DNA from: Schmidtea polychroa
Taxonomy: Eukaryota
Direction of reading: 5' to 3'
NCBI GenBank assembly: GCA_044892525.1
Contig: CM097888.1
Coordinates: forward strand, 39,742,001 to 39,806,000
Length of the DNA: 64,000 nt
Positions 26,949 to 39,663 of this stretch are shown one piece after another (the stretch's first letter is position 1; each line of letters opens with the position of its first letter). Under the pieces are notes generated by a model. The model was not told the DNA's origin. It saw nothing but the letters and a program-made list of their open reading frames with translations, and made no database searches. The translations under genes and the position numbers were made by a program.

Positions 26949-28934
26949 GAGACCCGTCTCACTTGATCACTACGACAGACGAAATCTTTTAATCTGATAG
27001 AATTTCTGTACAAATGTTTATATTTAATTTGATTTTATTAATTTGATAGTTTGCAAACGTTACAAAATAATTAAATATAATTAAAAGACGCATAATTGAG
27101 ATGTCAATCTGTGAAAATAATTTTTATAGCACTTCATTTCTGAAATGGCTAATTGAACATAACATAATTTATTAAAAAGCTTGACTATGAATCAGAAAAG
27201 ATATCGATGTTTTTTTTTATATTCACTGTCTTTTCAACTTAACAATAATTCGGTGGACCTTATTCCTTGACTCATCCCCTTTCAATGAAGATGTCACCTA
27301 ATTTAATGATATGCTATGGACAAATGCATTTTCATATAATTGTCGTCCACTGAGGCTGGACTGCGGTAATGAAAAATCAGACTTGGTACGTTTCTATTGA
27401 GAATATACATATAGTTGGCAGCTAAGTTGTAGGACTTCAAAAACATTATTAGCAAATTCATTTTTATTCTATCCCGTTTTCCATTTTCCTGACAAATTTT
27501 TGAGATGCTTTTGGCATTGTTAATTTTGCCTAAGCGGTTTCACAACTGGGAATGTCTCAACAGCGGGAAATAAAGTAATCTCTTGGAACTTTATCAGACT
27601 GCTCGGTTGATAAGTTTAAGGTTTTAAGTCAAATCTTTCAACTTTTTCGATGTCTGATGTGAATGTAGTTTTGTTTAAATGTTGCAGGACCAATGCAAAT
27701 TTATAGACCATATTTAGTTTTCCTAAATTATGGAAGTCAGAAAAGCCGGATCCATTTGGAATTTGAAGGCCCATAACTCCTAAAATTTTAATCTGAGAAT
27801 TATATTTAAAAAACCTTATTGAAATGGTTAATTTAATATTGAAATTTTTAAAACCAAAAATGTAAATTTTGCAATTCAAACATTCAAATACTTTTAATGT
27901 TTTCTCGTTTGGCAAAATAACTGCAATTTAAACATTTAAATTAATGAAGTTAGGAAATGAAATTTAACGATTTGCAATTATTGTCAATCTTGCAATCTCT
28001 TACTAACTTAATATTAGAACAAAAATAAAAAATTATATATTACAATTTACAAAAGTCAAAAGTTAATTTTCAGTTCATTAATTTTTAAGGAGGCCTCTTT
28101 GTGGCTTTTCCCAGTTGAGGCCCAGCTACGCTCTCTGATAGATCTGGGTGCAGTTGCACTATAACTAAGGTTTCTCTCTCGTGATCTCTAAAGGTTTTTA
28201 ACTTTTTTAAATTTACAATGAAGGTATTCTTGTTTTGGGAAATCTTTTAGTATTTTAAAAATATTTTTTTCATCTGCTTTTTGTATTAAGATTAAAAAAT
28301 CCCTTATAGATAATTTTAACTTTTATTTTGTCTTTTTTAAAATTGAATATAAAATTTTATTTACATATGTAAATAAAAGATGTGTGACAATTGGTCGGGA
28401 GATAGATATAGAAAGGTAATTCTAAATTTTAAAATATTGTAAAGAAGTAAAGTACAATATATTTAAAGAAATTTAATTTATTTTGTTTTAATCTGTCATT
28501 GTTTGTTGACCGGATGCATTGCGTTTTTTTGAAAATGACATTGCAAAATATGCAATACCGCTATGTGATTCACTTTTGTATTTGAATAACACATCTATAT
28601 CTATGTCTATATCTCAAACATGGCAGCGTCGGGGTGCCAGGTAGAAGTTGTCGCTTCTAATGGGCTAAAATTATTTTAGTTAATATTTAACTTATAATAA
28701 TATTAATCATCGTTTTAACAAGTTTTATCTTTTCATATTTGTAGGAGCAACGTTTGCAAAGTAATATCTTAACACCAACAATATTACGAGTGGCGTATTG
28801 TTTGTAGTATTTATTTAAGTACATACTTATATAACATATCTACAAGTTTTACATATTTAATTAATAAGCAGTAGGTTTAAACCGCTATCAACGTAATAAA
28901 GATTGTACAGTTAGTAACTATTTTCTGTCTTAAG

Positions 28935-28952
28935 TTAGGGTTAGGGTTAGGG
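28935..28952 (+). repeat. (TTAGGG)3 telomere-like tract, interstitial
   Basis: Three exact units, followed by degenerate TTAGA/TTAGGG units to about 28985. Confidence 0.6.
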
Positions 28953-29526
28953 TTGGAGTCACGGCTTAGATTAGATTAGGTTAAGATTGCATACTGAATA
29001 TTGAAATGGTGTTTACATGTTGGTGCATATAATTTTCGGTAATTTTATATATTTANNNNNNNNNNNNNNNNNNNNNNNNNNNNNNNNNNNNNNNNNNNNN
29101 NNNNNNNNNNNNNNNNNNNNNNNNNNNNNNNNNNNNNNNNNNNNNNNNNNNNNNNNNNNNNNNNNNNNNNNNNNNNNNNNNNNNNNNNNNNNNNNNNNNN
29201 NNNNNNNNNNNNNNNNNNNNNNGTTAAATGACCATGATAAAAATTTTAGGACAAAGAAGAGGTTAGGTGTTGTCTTCCTAAAAAGTAGGATTTGAATACA
29301 AACCTGTGAATCAGTAAGTACTGTATACACGGGACGTAAGTCTCCAGGACCTTCCAACTCCCTGTTTCATAGTATACATGAATAGCAATAGTGACAAAAG
29401 GATATCCTGTTACCTAGAAACTACCATTAATTAATAAAATTTATAATAACCAATAGAATGCCAGATAAATATTATTTATTCCAAATTTATTTCTATTAAA
29501 AGTATTCATTAAAGTAAAATCAGAAA

Positions 29527-30280
29527 ATGTCAACAATGGAAAAATATCCAATGATAAAAATGTTACAAGAATCATCAAAAGGTGTGGTTTACATAGCCAA
29601 CAATAACTCAGAAACTAATAAAATTCATAAAACTCTCATTATAAAAACCTTTAATAAAGCCAGGTCAAATTATTTTGTAAAAAATATTCCTAAGGAATTA
29701 TATTTCAACAATCTTATTAGAGACAAAAATGTGTCTCCTTTAATTATAGAAAGTTTTTGTGACAACGACAAATATGTAATTGTAATGGAACATTTATGCG
29801 GTGACTGGCTTGACCTGTATGATTTCACGGAAGGAAAAGTAAGTGAAAAAACAATTAAAAAGATATTTGTAAATGTTTTAACAGCAATTAACAATTTGTC
29901 AAAACAAGGCATTTACCATTTAGATATGAAACCAGAAAATGTTATGGTTAATAAGAAAACACTTGAAATTAAAATTCTTGATTTTGAAGATGCGCTAGAA
30001 GATAAAGACATTTCACCGAGATGTAGCAGGATTGTAGGAACGCATGGATATATGGCACCTGAAATCTCTTTAGGAGAAGAATATGATGTTAAGAAAAGTT
30101 TAGTATACACCTTAGGATGTTTTTTATACAGTTGCATTGAGTCGATCAATCCCAATAAAGAAAGATTAAAATTTAAAAAATCATCCAAACTAGCTCAGAA
30201 ATTTATTAATAATTGCGTTAGAAATTGTGCAAGAAAACGAATCGATTTTCACCAAATTTTGCTAGAACCATTTTTAAAAT
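29527..30280 (+). CDS. Intronless atypical Ser/Thr kinase, Pim/CAMK-group-like; stop codon falls in an assembly gap
   Basis: Uninterrupted ORF of about 251 codons with IIK, IPKE, HLDMKPENV, DFE, GTHGYMAPE and LLEPFL. IPKE and the vertebrate-Pim-like placement of motifs suggest a Pim-like kinase. Confidence 0.85.
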
Positions 30281-31525
30281 NNNNNNNNNNNNNNNNNNNN
30301 NNNNNNNNNNNNNNNNNNNNNNNNNNNNNNNNNNNNNNNNNNNNNNNNNNNNNNNNNNNNNNNNNNNNNNNNNNNNNNNNNNNNNNNNNNNNNNNNNNNN
30401 NNNNNNNNNNNNNNNNNNNNNNNNNNNNNNNNNNNATCAGTAAAATTGTATATTTAATAACAACCGCAACCACAATAATATTAATTTATTAAGTAAATTT
30501 TTGATATTTAAAAATAATTTTCCAAAAATAATTTTTCGCTGATAAACATAAATTAATCAAAGTTGTTCGTTTCTATAAATTATAGGAGTTTTTTTATTAA
30601 AATTTCAAATGTTTTCACTTTAGTTGAACGTATACATTTCAGTGTTGAAAGTAGTAATAATAATTAATATCCGTGTCAGAGTGAAGGGGAAATTTGCGAA
30701 TTGTAAAAATAATCAAAGTCCATATCATTTCATCATGAAACAAAGAGCGAGAGCAAACTCCCTTCGAGGAGACTTATTGCCTAATGGTATGTCTTAAAAA
30801 TATGCATTGCACAGTCATATAATTTCACAGAGCTCCCAATCGCTGTAGAATCCTGTCAACAGAGACGCCACGAGTAAAAACTAATAATTGATAGGAAAAT
30901 TGATTGTCAATGGAACATTTGATGAATTCATTGAAGCGTGCGATATAACTTCTTGTTGGAAATGTGATTATTTACGCCTGAACATGAACCATTTACATCC
31001 AATTATTTATGGCATGGGAATTTCTCGTTGTCTAGCAAGCAGTGTTTAAGAATTTTTGGATTTCAATATTAATTGTACTAGCATTTCCAATTGATCATTG
31101 TTTTCCGAAATTTTCTAATGGGATTATTTATTAATTATAAATACCAATCGATGCATTTTATGTTGACGGNNNNNNNNNNNNNNNNNNNNNNNNNNNNNNN
31201 NNNNNNNNNNNNNNNNNNNNNNNNNNNNNNNNNNNNNNNNNNNNNNNNNNNNNNNNNNNNNNNNNNNNNNNNNNNNNNNNNNNNNNNNNNNNNNNNNNNA
31301 ACAAATTTTATTTTTTATTTTCATGGCACTTGGTTATTTTGTTAACATGATAAGTTTTTTTATTTTTAATTATTAACTATTAAATTTCTATACGTTTTTT
31401 ATTATTATTTTATTTTTATCGACATCCGCTTACATTATCATTCCGAATTCAGTGGAGAAAATATCTGTTCTATGTATCCAGTTTTTATCATCATTTCTTG
31501 GTAATATTTATTCTATTATCTTTAA

Positions 31526-31677
31526 CCCATGCCGTACCAAGCCGGTCAAAATGACCGGCAAATCAATCAATCAATCAAAAAGTTTAAATAATTATTTTGA
31601 TTATATTATTATAATTTAGTCGGTCAAAATGACCGGCTCTGTATGCGACGTTCTAAAATGGCTTGGTAAATGGCGGG
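31526..31677. mobile_element. 152-bp piggyBac-type MITE
   Basis: TTAA on both sides. TIRs CCCATGCCGTACCAAGCC and CCCGCCATTTACCAAGCC. Two internal CGGTCAAAATGACCG palindromes. Confidence 0.8.
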
Positions 31678-33492
31678 TTAATATATTATATTTAGGAATT
31701 TAAATTTTTCCAATTTTTATTATTATTATTATTATTGGTTATATTATAAAGTGATGATTTCTTGGTAGCAGCATTTATTATTTAAAACAATAAAGTTTAA
31801 GCCTTTTTTCTGCTAATTTATTTAATGAAAAAAATTTCGAGATTGACAAGGACTCTCTTATAGTCGAAAAGTTTTTCATTAAATACATTAATAAAGTCAA
31901 ACTACTGGTTAACACAACGGAATATAGTGAATGGTCCCCCTCATCAAATACTAATAATTTTTATATTTTATGAATTCGAGTTGGGTACTTGTCGGCCATA
32001 AGCAGTACGACAGGGAAAAGTTCGAACCTTTGCATATGGAGATTTTCCACGTCAACTGACCAAGACGAGAACCCTCGGTTAGTAAAAGAAGGTGTGATTA
32101 TGGCCAACACCTATTCACTCAGACTTTAAAAATCTGTATCCGTATTCAAATGTATGTGATGCGGTTGAATAAAAAATTGACGATGAATGATATTGAATTA
32201 ATTACGCTTGCAGTCGTTAGTAAGAATTTTCTGTTAAATATTTTTATTATTAAAATAAACAATAGTTTTGTATAATAATTAGAAATTTTTTTTTCATAAT
32301 AAAGTCTCTAAATACTAAATGCACTATTCTAATTTTTCATTTTATCAGGAAATTAGTGTAAAAATGTCTGTAAAACTAAATAATTTACAACGACAGAAAA
32401 ATCAATTGTCTATTACTAGAATTTTTCCTACTTAACGGCATAATCGTAGAAATTACGGCATTTATAATTATCTTTTATTATTTCGAAATGTTTCCTCTGG
32501 AAATCCTTCAATGTGAGAGAGAGTGTGTGTGTGTGTGTTTCAATGCCATAAATGTATTAATAATAATAATAAATAATAATAAAATAGTAACAATGATTAA
32601 ATCTAATGAAATGATAGATTTCCAAAAAAACAAAACCTCAGTATCCTATTATCGCCTATTAAGGATTGAGTGTTAATTAATATCCTATTAATTGGCATAA
32701 TCCCCAAATATGGGAGGTTCCCAACCTTCACAGCCCTTCCGTTAAGTGATATTTATGCATTGCAGACGTGGAGAATATTGAATAATAATTTCCACTACAA
32801 TTCATTATCAATTAAAAATAATTTATAATTAAATAATGTACATTGTATTAATATATAATTATTGGCATCGCAAGAGATTGATATTTCATTTTTATACAGG
32901 CTTTTTCTGGAGTGGGGAATATATTGCATCAAATGTAATAATTTTATGCATTTTTTTATTATAGCTTTCTCTGGGCAATTCAAAGCTTTACCGAAAAGAA
33001 AGGAGATATTGAATAAAATTAACTTTATTGTTATATTAATCGTAAAAATTTACATTGTATTTATTAAAAAATTGATTATGAATTTACATAGATGTTTTTT
33101 TGATATCGTTACTAATTCATAGTCATTTTTTTTATTAATACAATGTCAATTGGAAAGAAATCATAGGTGAAGTTTTTATAATATCGTAAAAATTAAGTTT
33201 AAATTCAAAACTGTATTTTCTATTAGTTTCAAAAATTTTATTAGACTTTTTAAAATTTTAATTATCACATACTATCTATTACCTGCGACTGATCGCATCA
33301 GCATTCACAGACGCGCTTTCCACTAGGCAAAATACCCATGTTTAGGGGACCCATTGGACAGAAAGACCCAGCAGATGCATTTGTCAATAATTATTGAAAC
33401 GTTCAGTTTGCTGAGGTTAGGAAATTATATAAAAATTCAGAAAGATAAATTAAAGTCATAAAAATTAATGAAAATTATAAAATATTAATATA

Positions 33493-33708
33493 CCGTATTT
33501 TAGCGCATATAACGCGCACGGTATCTGATTACAATAAACAATAAAACCGATGGTAGGGTTACTGTCACATCATAAAAATATTTCCACTGGCAATGCCGCC
33601 ACGTGTAAAATATAAATCATAAAGCGCGCACCCACAGATACCGCGCATGGGGGGTGCACGGTTTGTAAAAGTGCGTATAACGTGCGCGTTATATGCGCTA
33701 AAATACGG
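33493..33708. mobile_element. 216-bp pogo/Tc1-type MITE, copy 2 (inverted relative to 9557-9772)
   Basis: Same TIR, TA TSD and length. About 4 substitutions against copy 1. Confidence 0.95.
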
Positions 33709-35249
33709 TAATGGGAATCAGGATGGCGAATATGGCCAAATAGGAAAATGAAAAGGTAAATACGAATATGATAATTCATTTAGCCAATAGCATTTAAGAA
33801 ATAAGAATTAATTAATTAATTAATTGAAATAACCTAATCAATTTAATTGGTAAATCGATTCTCCGTGCTTCACAGTAATGATAGCAATCTGTGAAGTTGG
33901 GATAAAATTATTATATTTTATTTTTCAATTTTCAGATTTTCGGGGTCTAGTAATTAGATTTAATGAAAAATTGATAAAGTTAACTGCTAAATAAGGAACG
34001 GAAAATTATAAAAAATCGCAATTATCGATGAAAAAAATTTATTCAGTGTATTAAACAAAGTTAAAAAAGGAATATTGTTTGTGGGATAATTAGTTATTGT
34101 GTGACAGTTTCCATTCTGGTCACCTGCATCTTAAAAAAGAAAATAAGAATTGCAGTATCAAATAATTTCAAATATGATCGAGACCTCCAGATCGCAAAAA
34201 TACAAATTAACAAATTGTTAGAGTTTTGTAAAATTAACGTATATACACAGAATTATGAACAGCGGAATAAATATAAAATTTTACACATAAACCCAAAAAT
34301 AAAAATATATTGCAAAAATTAATTAAAATTAATATTTTGCGGCGAAATAGATGAGAGTGAGTGGCAAATTATGAGACTAATACGAATATATTAATATATA
34401 ATTGATTGAGATCCCTAGACATAGTTATTTTGAAAATAAAAATTAATTAATTAATGGAAAAAACAAATCAATATAATTAGGAACGAAATACCCTAACTTG
34501 ACAGATGAAATGTCAGACGTCAGGCTAAGAAAACATAATTAAATTTATGAAGGACTCTCTGGCTCCTCGTGGGAAAGTAAGTGAGAAGGGAGAGAGCCCT
34601 ATAAAAGAAACTAAAAACATAGGCAGATTGTCATAAAGTTCCACGATAAAATGTCAGCAAAAAATTAATGTGAAAAGTTAAAGCTTTCTGAAAGATCTAG
34701 AGAAATTTCTATTCAAGTTTAATCAAATTCGTTTTCTGTATGAGGCGGTTTCCCTTGGTGTTACCTGGCCCTATTATCAAGTAGAGGTTGATTAGATTGG
34801 TGAAAATTTGAACAATTGTAATTTGTGCTAATAATAAAAAGTCATATTGAGTTGAGCTCTTATTCTGGTTGAGAACACCTAGAACTAGATCTATAGCTAT
34901 CTTGCCGAACAATATTTACAACCAAACAGAGTTTAGTGTTTTATCTCGTTAATCGTCGAAAAATAATGTTTAAGATTCTATAGTTTGACAGACAAGTAAT
35001 TAAGACCGTCAGAAAAAAGGTTACTCACCAGATTACATAAAAGTTTTCACAGACATATTTGAAAAGAACGAGATCTGGCAAAGTGATTGATGGAGATTTT
35101 CCATTTATAAACGAATATAACTTTAAAGTAATTGGCTATTACGGTTGAAGACAAAATGGAATGCATAATTTGAAAAGCAAAAAAATAAGGGTTCAACAAA
35201 TTAATTCTGTGTGAAAAATATATAATGTTGGAGTTGATTCCTCGCTGTC

Positions 35250-35589
35250 ATCGTATATAAATTCTTTCGAATATCCTCATGCTATTTCATCATGGTCTTA
35301 TAAATCGCCTCACGATCACCGTTCATAGTATGAGCATGGATTAAATCACAGATCTGTTTAGCCAATTGGTCAACTGGAATTTCCCTAGCAAAGTTAGCAA
35401 ATAGCATTTGGCATTTAATCTCATCTGATTTGCATCTAACGTGACTCCAGCCACTGCACATGAAATATCCTTCGTAATCTTTCCAAAATAAGCATGACCC
35501 TTAGCTTCCATTGTATATGCAATTGGATATCAACTATTGTCCGGAGAAAAAAAAATAGTTTTTGGATTGTCATAATTTAGAGCCATCAT
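35250..35589 (-). pseudogene. PSMA4: Proteasome alpha subunit pseudogene, PSMA4-like
   Basis: MALNYDNPKTIFFSPDNS*YPIAYTMEAKGHA / KITKDISCAVAGVTLDAN..RLNAKCYLL / EIPVDQLAKQICDLIHAHT aligns with PSMA4 [31 protein letters not shown] / DMACSVAGITSDAN / RLIAQRYLL / IPCEQLV..LCDIKQAYT. It carries an in-frame stop, a deletion of about 30 codons and a frameshift. Confidence 0.8.
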
Positions 35590-36010
35590 AAATTTCATTA
35601 AAATTCCAAGAGAAAACAACAACTTGAGAAAAAATCTTTTTTTTCAAAAACTCTGCAAAAAACTCTTAAAACAAATCAAAGTCTGATATTTCAAGAAAAA
35701 TCAATTCAATTACAATCATAAAATTAAAAAACATACCATTTCAACAACTACCACAGAACATCGCCTCGCGTCTGTGTGCGCACCCCAACAAGCAAATCAA
35801 TAATCCACGCGATGCCAGTTGGTGAAATTTAAGAGTGGTTTTCGTTATGGACAAAATATATTTCTTTATTATACGGTCTTCCGTGGGATTATATACATTA
35901 TTAGACAATAAACTGTTTGTTGGTATTGTTTATTAAATTGACCACGTGAATCATTTCAATATTACTTGCTAAAATGAAAACTTAACATTGCAAGATATTA
36001 TTGTTTAATA

Positions 36011-36300
36011 CAGTGGTTCTCAAACCGTGTTCCGCGAAAAAAATGACATTTTATCTTTAAATTTAAGATACATATCATCAATAACCTCAATTAATTTTTT
36101 TATAAGATGATTCAATAAGGAAGCCGTTACACAGATATATAAACATACAAATATAAAAGTGTTTTTATTGCTTGTTATTGTTGCACGTGGTAATTTTTGA
36201 TTGGTCACTCATTGTGGGCAAGTATTTTTTTGTCAGTGTTCCGAGTAAAAAAAATCAGGTGAATGGTGTTCCGCGATTTTATATTAATTGAGAAACACTG
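36011..36300. mobile_element. 290-bp Buster-type hAT MITE
   Basis: TIRs CAGTGGTTCTCAA and CAGTGTTTCTCAA. Perfect TSD GTTTAATA at 36003-36010 and 36301-36308. Confidence 0.93.
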
Positions 36301-38280
36301 GTTTAATATAAGAACACGTGTAGTCAGATTGTAAATTCTCTTGCTTGAAGTAAGTTTGAATGCCATGGATAAACAAGTGTTGCCAAGTAATGAAACGTTT
36401 AATTTCTATTAACAAAGTCCAATAATAACCTGTGATTTATGTGTGTATTGTGAAAATTTCCGCCAAACATTCTAATAAACCGAAATGGTTATAGGAAGCG
36501 AAAATCAAGAAAAAGAACTTTGTCGATTAAGACTAGCCAAAAAAAGAATAGTGGTGGAAAAGGGTACATCCTTTGTTGGGCAAAAACTGATTTTAGGCTC
36601 AGGGATAAGCAATGTGACGAAATGCGTCGGAACACAACACGCAAACATAGCAGTAAGTTGAGTTAAATTAGAAACATGACAAAATACCAAATAAACATAA
36701 CTAATAGAATTCACATAACATCAAAATAATAAACTCAAAAGTAAATAATAATGAGATAAAAGCAAGAAGTATTACATCAAATTAACTCCAACACAGTATA
36801 TATACATAACAGCTGTGAGTCAATTTGAAGTAAATGGTGATAAAGAGAAATAGGAACGGAATTCAAAACGATTTCCACAAAATAACATAAAAAATGAATT
36901 AGAGAGAAAAAGTACACTAAAAATAAATAGAAAAAGAATACTCCGTTAAAAATGGCGAAATCCAACATGGCCGCCAGGTAACTTAGCAAATTTAACTAAA
37001 AATAAGCATTTAATTACTAAAATAACAAAAAGTAAAAAGAAATAACCTAAGAATCAAAAGAAAATAAGAACTAGGCACAAAAATCGAAGAAAATAATTGA
37101 ACAAAGTCTAAAATGCCCATCATGTCGGCAAATTTAATTAAAAATAAATAAATCAGAAAAATCAGAAAATAAAAGTAATCATAATTTGCAAGAAATCGCC
37201 ATTAAAATTGATAAAAATAAAAATTCGAAATTAAGTAGAACTATAGATTATGAGAACTAACTAATCCCACAAATAGAAGCTGTCAGGTGAAGGATAAAGC
37301 GTGGGAAGTCGAGTTAACAGTTACAAGTCCTAATCGAAATTTGAGATCGAGGGGATATACATTAGTCCTTCTAACTTTCGCGACTAAGCTTATTTGTAAA
37401 TTATATAAGCTTACCTGTTTGAACATTTCTATAAATTAACTTTAATGAATCTTAATTCAATCTTAATTCAATCTTAAACTTTAAACTTACAATGGCATGG
37501 AAGGCATAGGAAAGACGATCGTGCCGTTACTTTGATCGGTGGAGGAAGTAATGAATCCAAGTATCTAGCCAGGAACCAGTAATTCTCTTCACCGACAAAG
37601 TTGTTTCACGCGGGAAATAAAATTTTCTTTCTTCTATCTAAATAAAATGTCCCTAAAAACCTAAAATATATAAAAAGAAAAATATTTAATAAATTACATT
37701 TATCCATAACGTGGATAATATAAATACAATTTAATAAATGAAATACTTGAAACAAAACATAAATCTAAAAGAAAAGGGCCCGAGCGTAATCAGGTACCAT
37801 TAAGTGTAATTTAAAATTCTTATAAGAATATGGAATTAATTTAAAATTTAACCTAATCTAATTTTAGAAAGTGTAATATAGATTTAATAATTATTAATTA
37901 GGGTTAAAGGGTAGATATAAATATATTAAATATCAAACGAATTTACTAAACGGATCGACAGTGGGGCAGTTATAATGAGGGACAATGCGCTGAAATTATT
38001 GAATGTGAGAATGATAAGCCAACCCTAGCGAAGTATGTGTGAGGTGATATGTCGTTCACTTTATAACTTATTACAGAAAATGCAGGAGCAAAACAACACG
38101 ACAGGATGCGAGGCAAATCTGAGCCCAGCACTTTCGCGGTGGGGCGGTTTCGGGCGTCCAGCTTGAGCGAAGGGGCAAACCAAGATCAACGAAATCAACT
38201 TGGCCTTGTAGTAGATAGTTAGTGGCCCTCTGTAGAAGACCATCCTGTGTACCCCCAAGAAAAATATTTGTTAGTTATGC

Positions 38281-38494
38281 AATGGAAATGAGACTGCCAA
38301 ATGGAAGTTGGGTAATTTTTAATTACATCACTCTTTCTGACTATAGTGAAGGGTCTCTATACAATCCTCACAAAAAAGCAACTGCTGCAGAGGGCTAATA
38401 GCTGTGTAATGGAAGATGAGAATGCTCCATATGGGTATTTTTTAATTACATCACATTTTTCTGACTATAGTGAGGGGTCCCTATACAATCCTCA
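38281..38494 (+). repeat. Imperfect tandem duplication, 124-bp period
   Basis: GGGTA..TTTAATTACATCAC..TTTCTGACTATAGTGA.GGGTC.CTATACAATCCTCA occurs twice (CTGACTATAG at 38337 and 38461). Confidence 0.8.
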
Positions 38495-38549
38495 ATCATG
38501 AATCTCATTTAAAATATTGTTTTGAAAAATTGTGTTAAACAAAGAACAG

Positions 38550-39250
38550 TTCTGGTTATTTCGTAGTTGACGCCATTTTAAGTAATATGTTTTATGTAGA
38601 TCACTCCTTTCACATTCAGGAATTCTGACGTATAAATTGCACTAGCCTTCGTTTGGTTATTCAACCTTCACTTTGAGTCAAACTTAATATTTGATTTATT
38701 AGCTGATTGAAAAGTAGCTGACATGGTAAGCAATATAGAGCTGTATTGAAATTAATCCATGCTAGCCATCTCTAATTATTTTTTAGAATGGATAATGCAA
38801 ATTTTACAACAAATTTTTTAGTAGGTGGGCTTCTAGGAAAAGGAATTGACTATTTGTTTATGACATCGTCTATAGAAATTTCAGATAGAACTTTAGATGA
38901 TCTCACACACTAATTATGTAGGTTCTCCGTACACATTATTTGAAATTCTGAGTTGCGGTTCCAAATTCAAGTTATTATTATCTCTTTCTGGTTCTGGCAC
39001 CTTTTCAATTATTTGATCATGATTGAATGTAGAGTCTAGGAAGTTGTGCGCTGTTTTAATTTTCTTGGAATGGAATTTGTCTCCTGAGTTAGTTGATTCA
39101 ATTTCATCAATTGAGCTATCATTTTCACAATTTCTTTTTGATTTTAAAAACTCAAATTTTTCTAAAGTTTGACGCCCCTTTTCTCGTTTTCTTGCTTTTC
39201 CTTTTGTTCCTTTCCTTTTTGAGCTCTGATTTATGCTGATAACTCATGAT
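38550..39250 (-). mobile_element. ZMYM1-like hAT transposase N-terminal (TTF zinc finger) fossil
   Basis: GAQKGKEQKEKQENEKRGRQTL, RWLAWINFNTALYCLPCQLL and IPECERSDLHKTYYLKWRQL. Confidence 0.7.
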
Positions 39251-39309
39251 TGCAACCTTTAAAAATAAATATAATTTTGTAGACATAATAACAAATAATA
39301 ACTTATAAG

Positions 39310-39663
39310 CAGTGCCGGATATACTATTAGGCCAACTGAGATCACCGCCTTAGGGAACGCTTCAATTTAATAAATAAAAAAAATACTGGTTTTCGTTATA
39401 CGAAATATTTTTCAAAAAAATCTTATCTGAAATCTGTAAAAAAATCTCATTTGAAACTGTGTAATATTTTTAGAAAAATTAGTCATTTTTTTAGACAATT
39501 TTTTTATTAAAATTCAAATTTAAATAAAATTTTATATGCAGAAATTGAAAAAGAAAAAAAATACTAGTTTGAAATATTTAAAAGAGTGTTAATGTTAATT
39601 TTTTTTTGAGATATAGCACAATATTTTTGGCCTCAAAACGCCAGTTAGCCAAATCCGGTTTTG
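39310..39663. mobile_element. 354-bp hAT MITE
   Basis: Perfect TSD CTTATAAG at 39302-39309 and 39664-39671. Decayed TIRs CAGTGCCGGAT and CAAAACCGGAT. Confidence 0.8.

Noticed and set aside
28935-28985. TTAGGG repeats as a telomere or chromosome fusion scar
   Set aside because: Only three exact units, with no head-to-head inversion. Such tracts are common inside non-autonomous elements.
29670-30188. Minus-strand ORFs opposite the kinase
   Set aside because: Shadow frames of the kinase ORF.
31541-31637. Repeated palindrome as a CRISPR-like repeat
   Set aside because: Only two copies, inside a TTAA/TIR-bounded MITE in a spliced eukaryotic locus.
36700-38270. A-rich region with GC islands as an LTR or large retroelement leader
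   Set aside because: No TG...CA bounded repeat pair, convincing PBS or coding motif could be shown.
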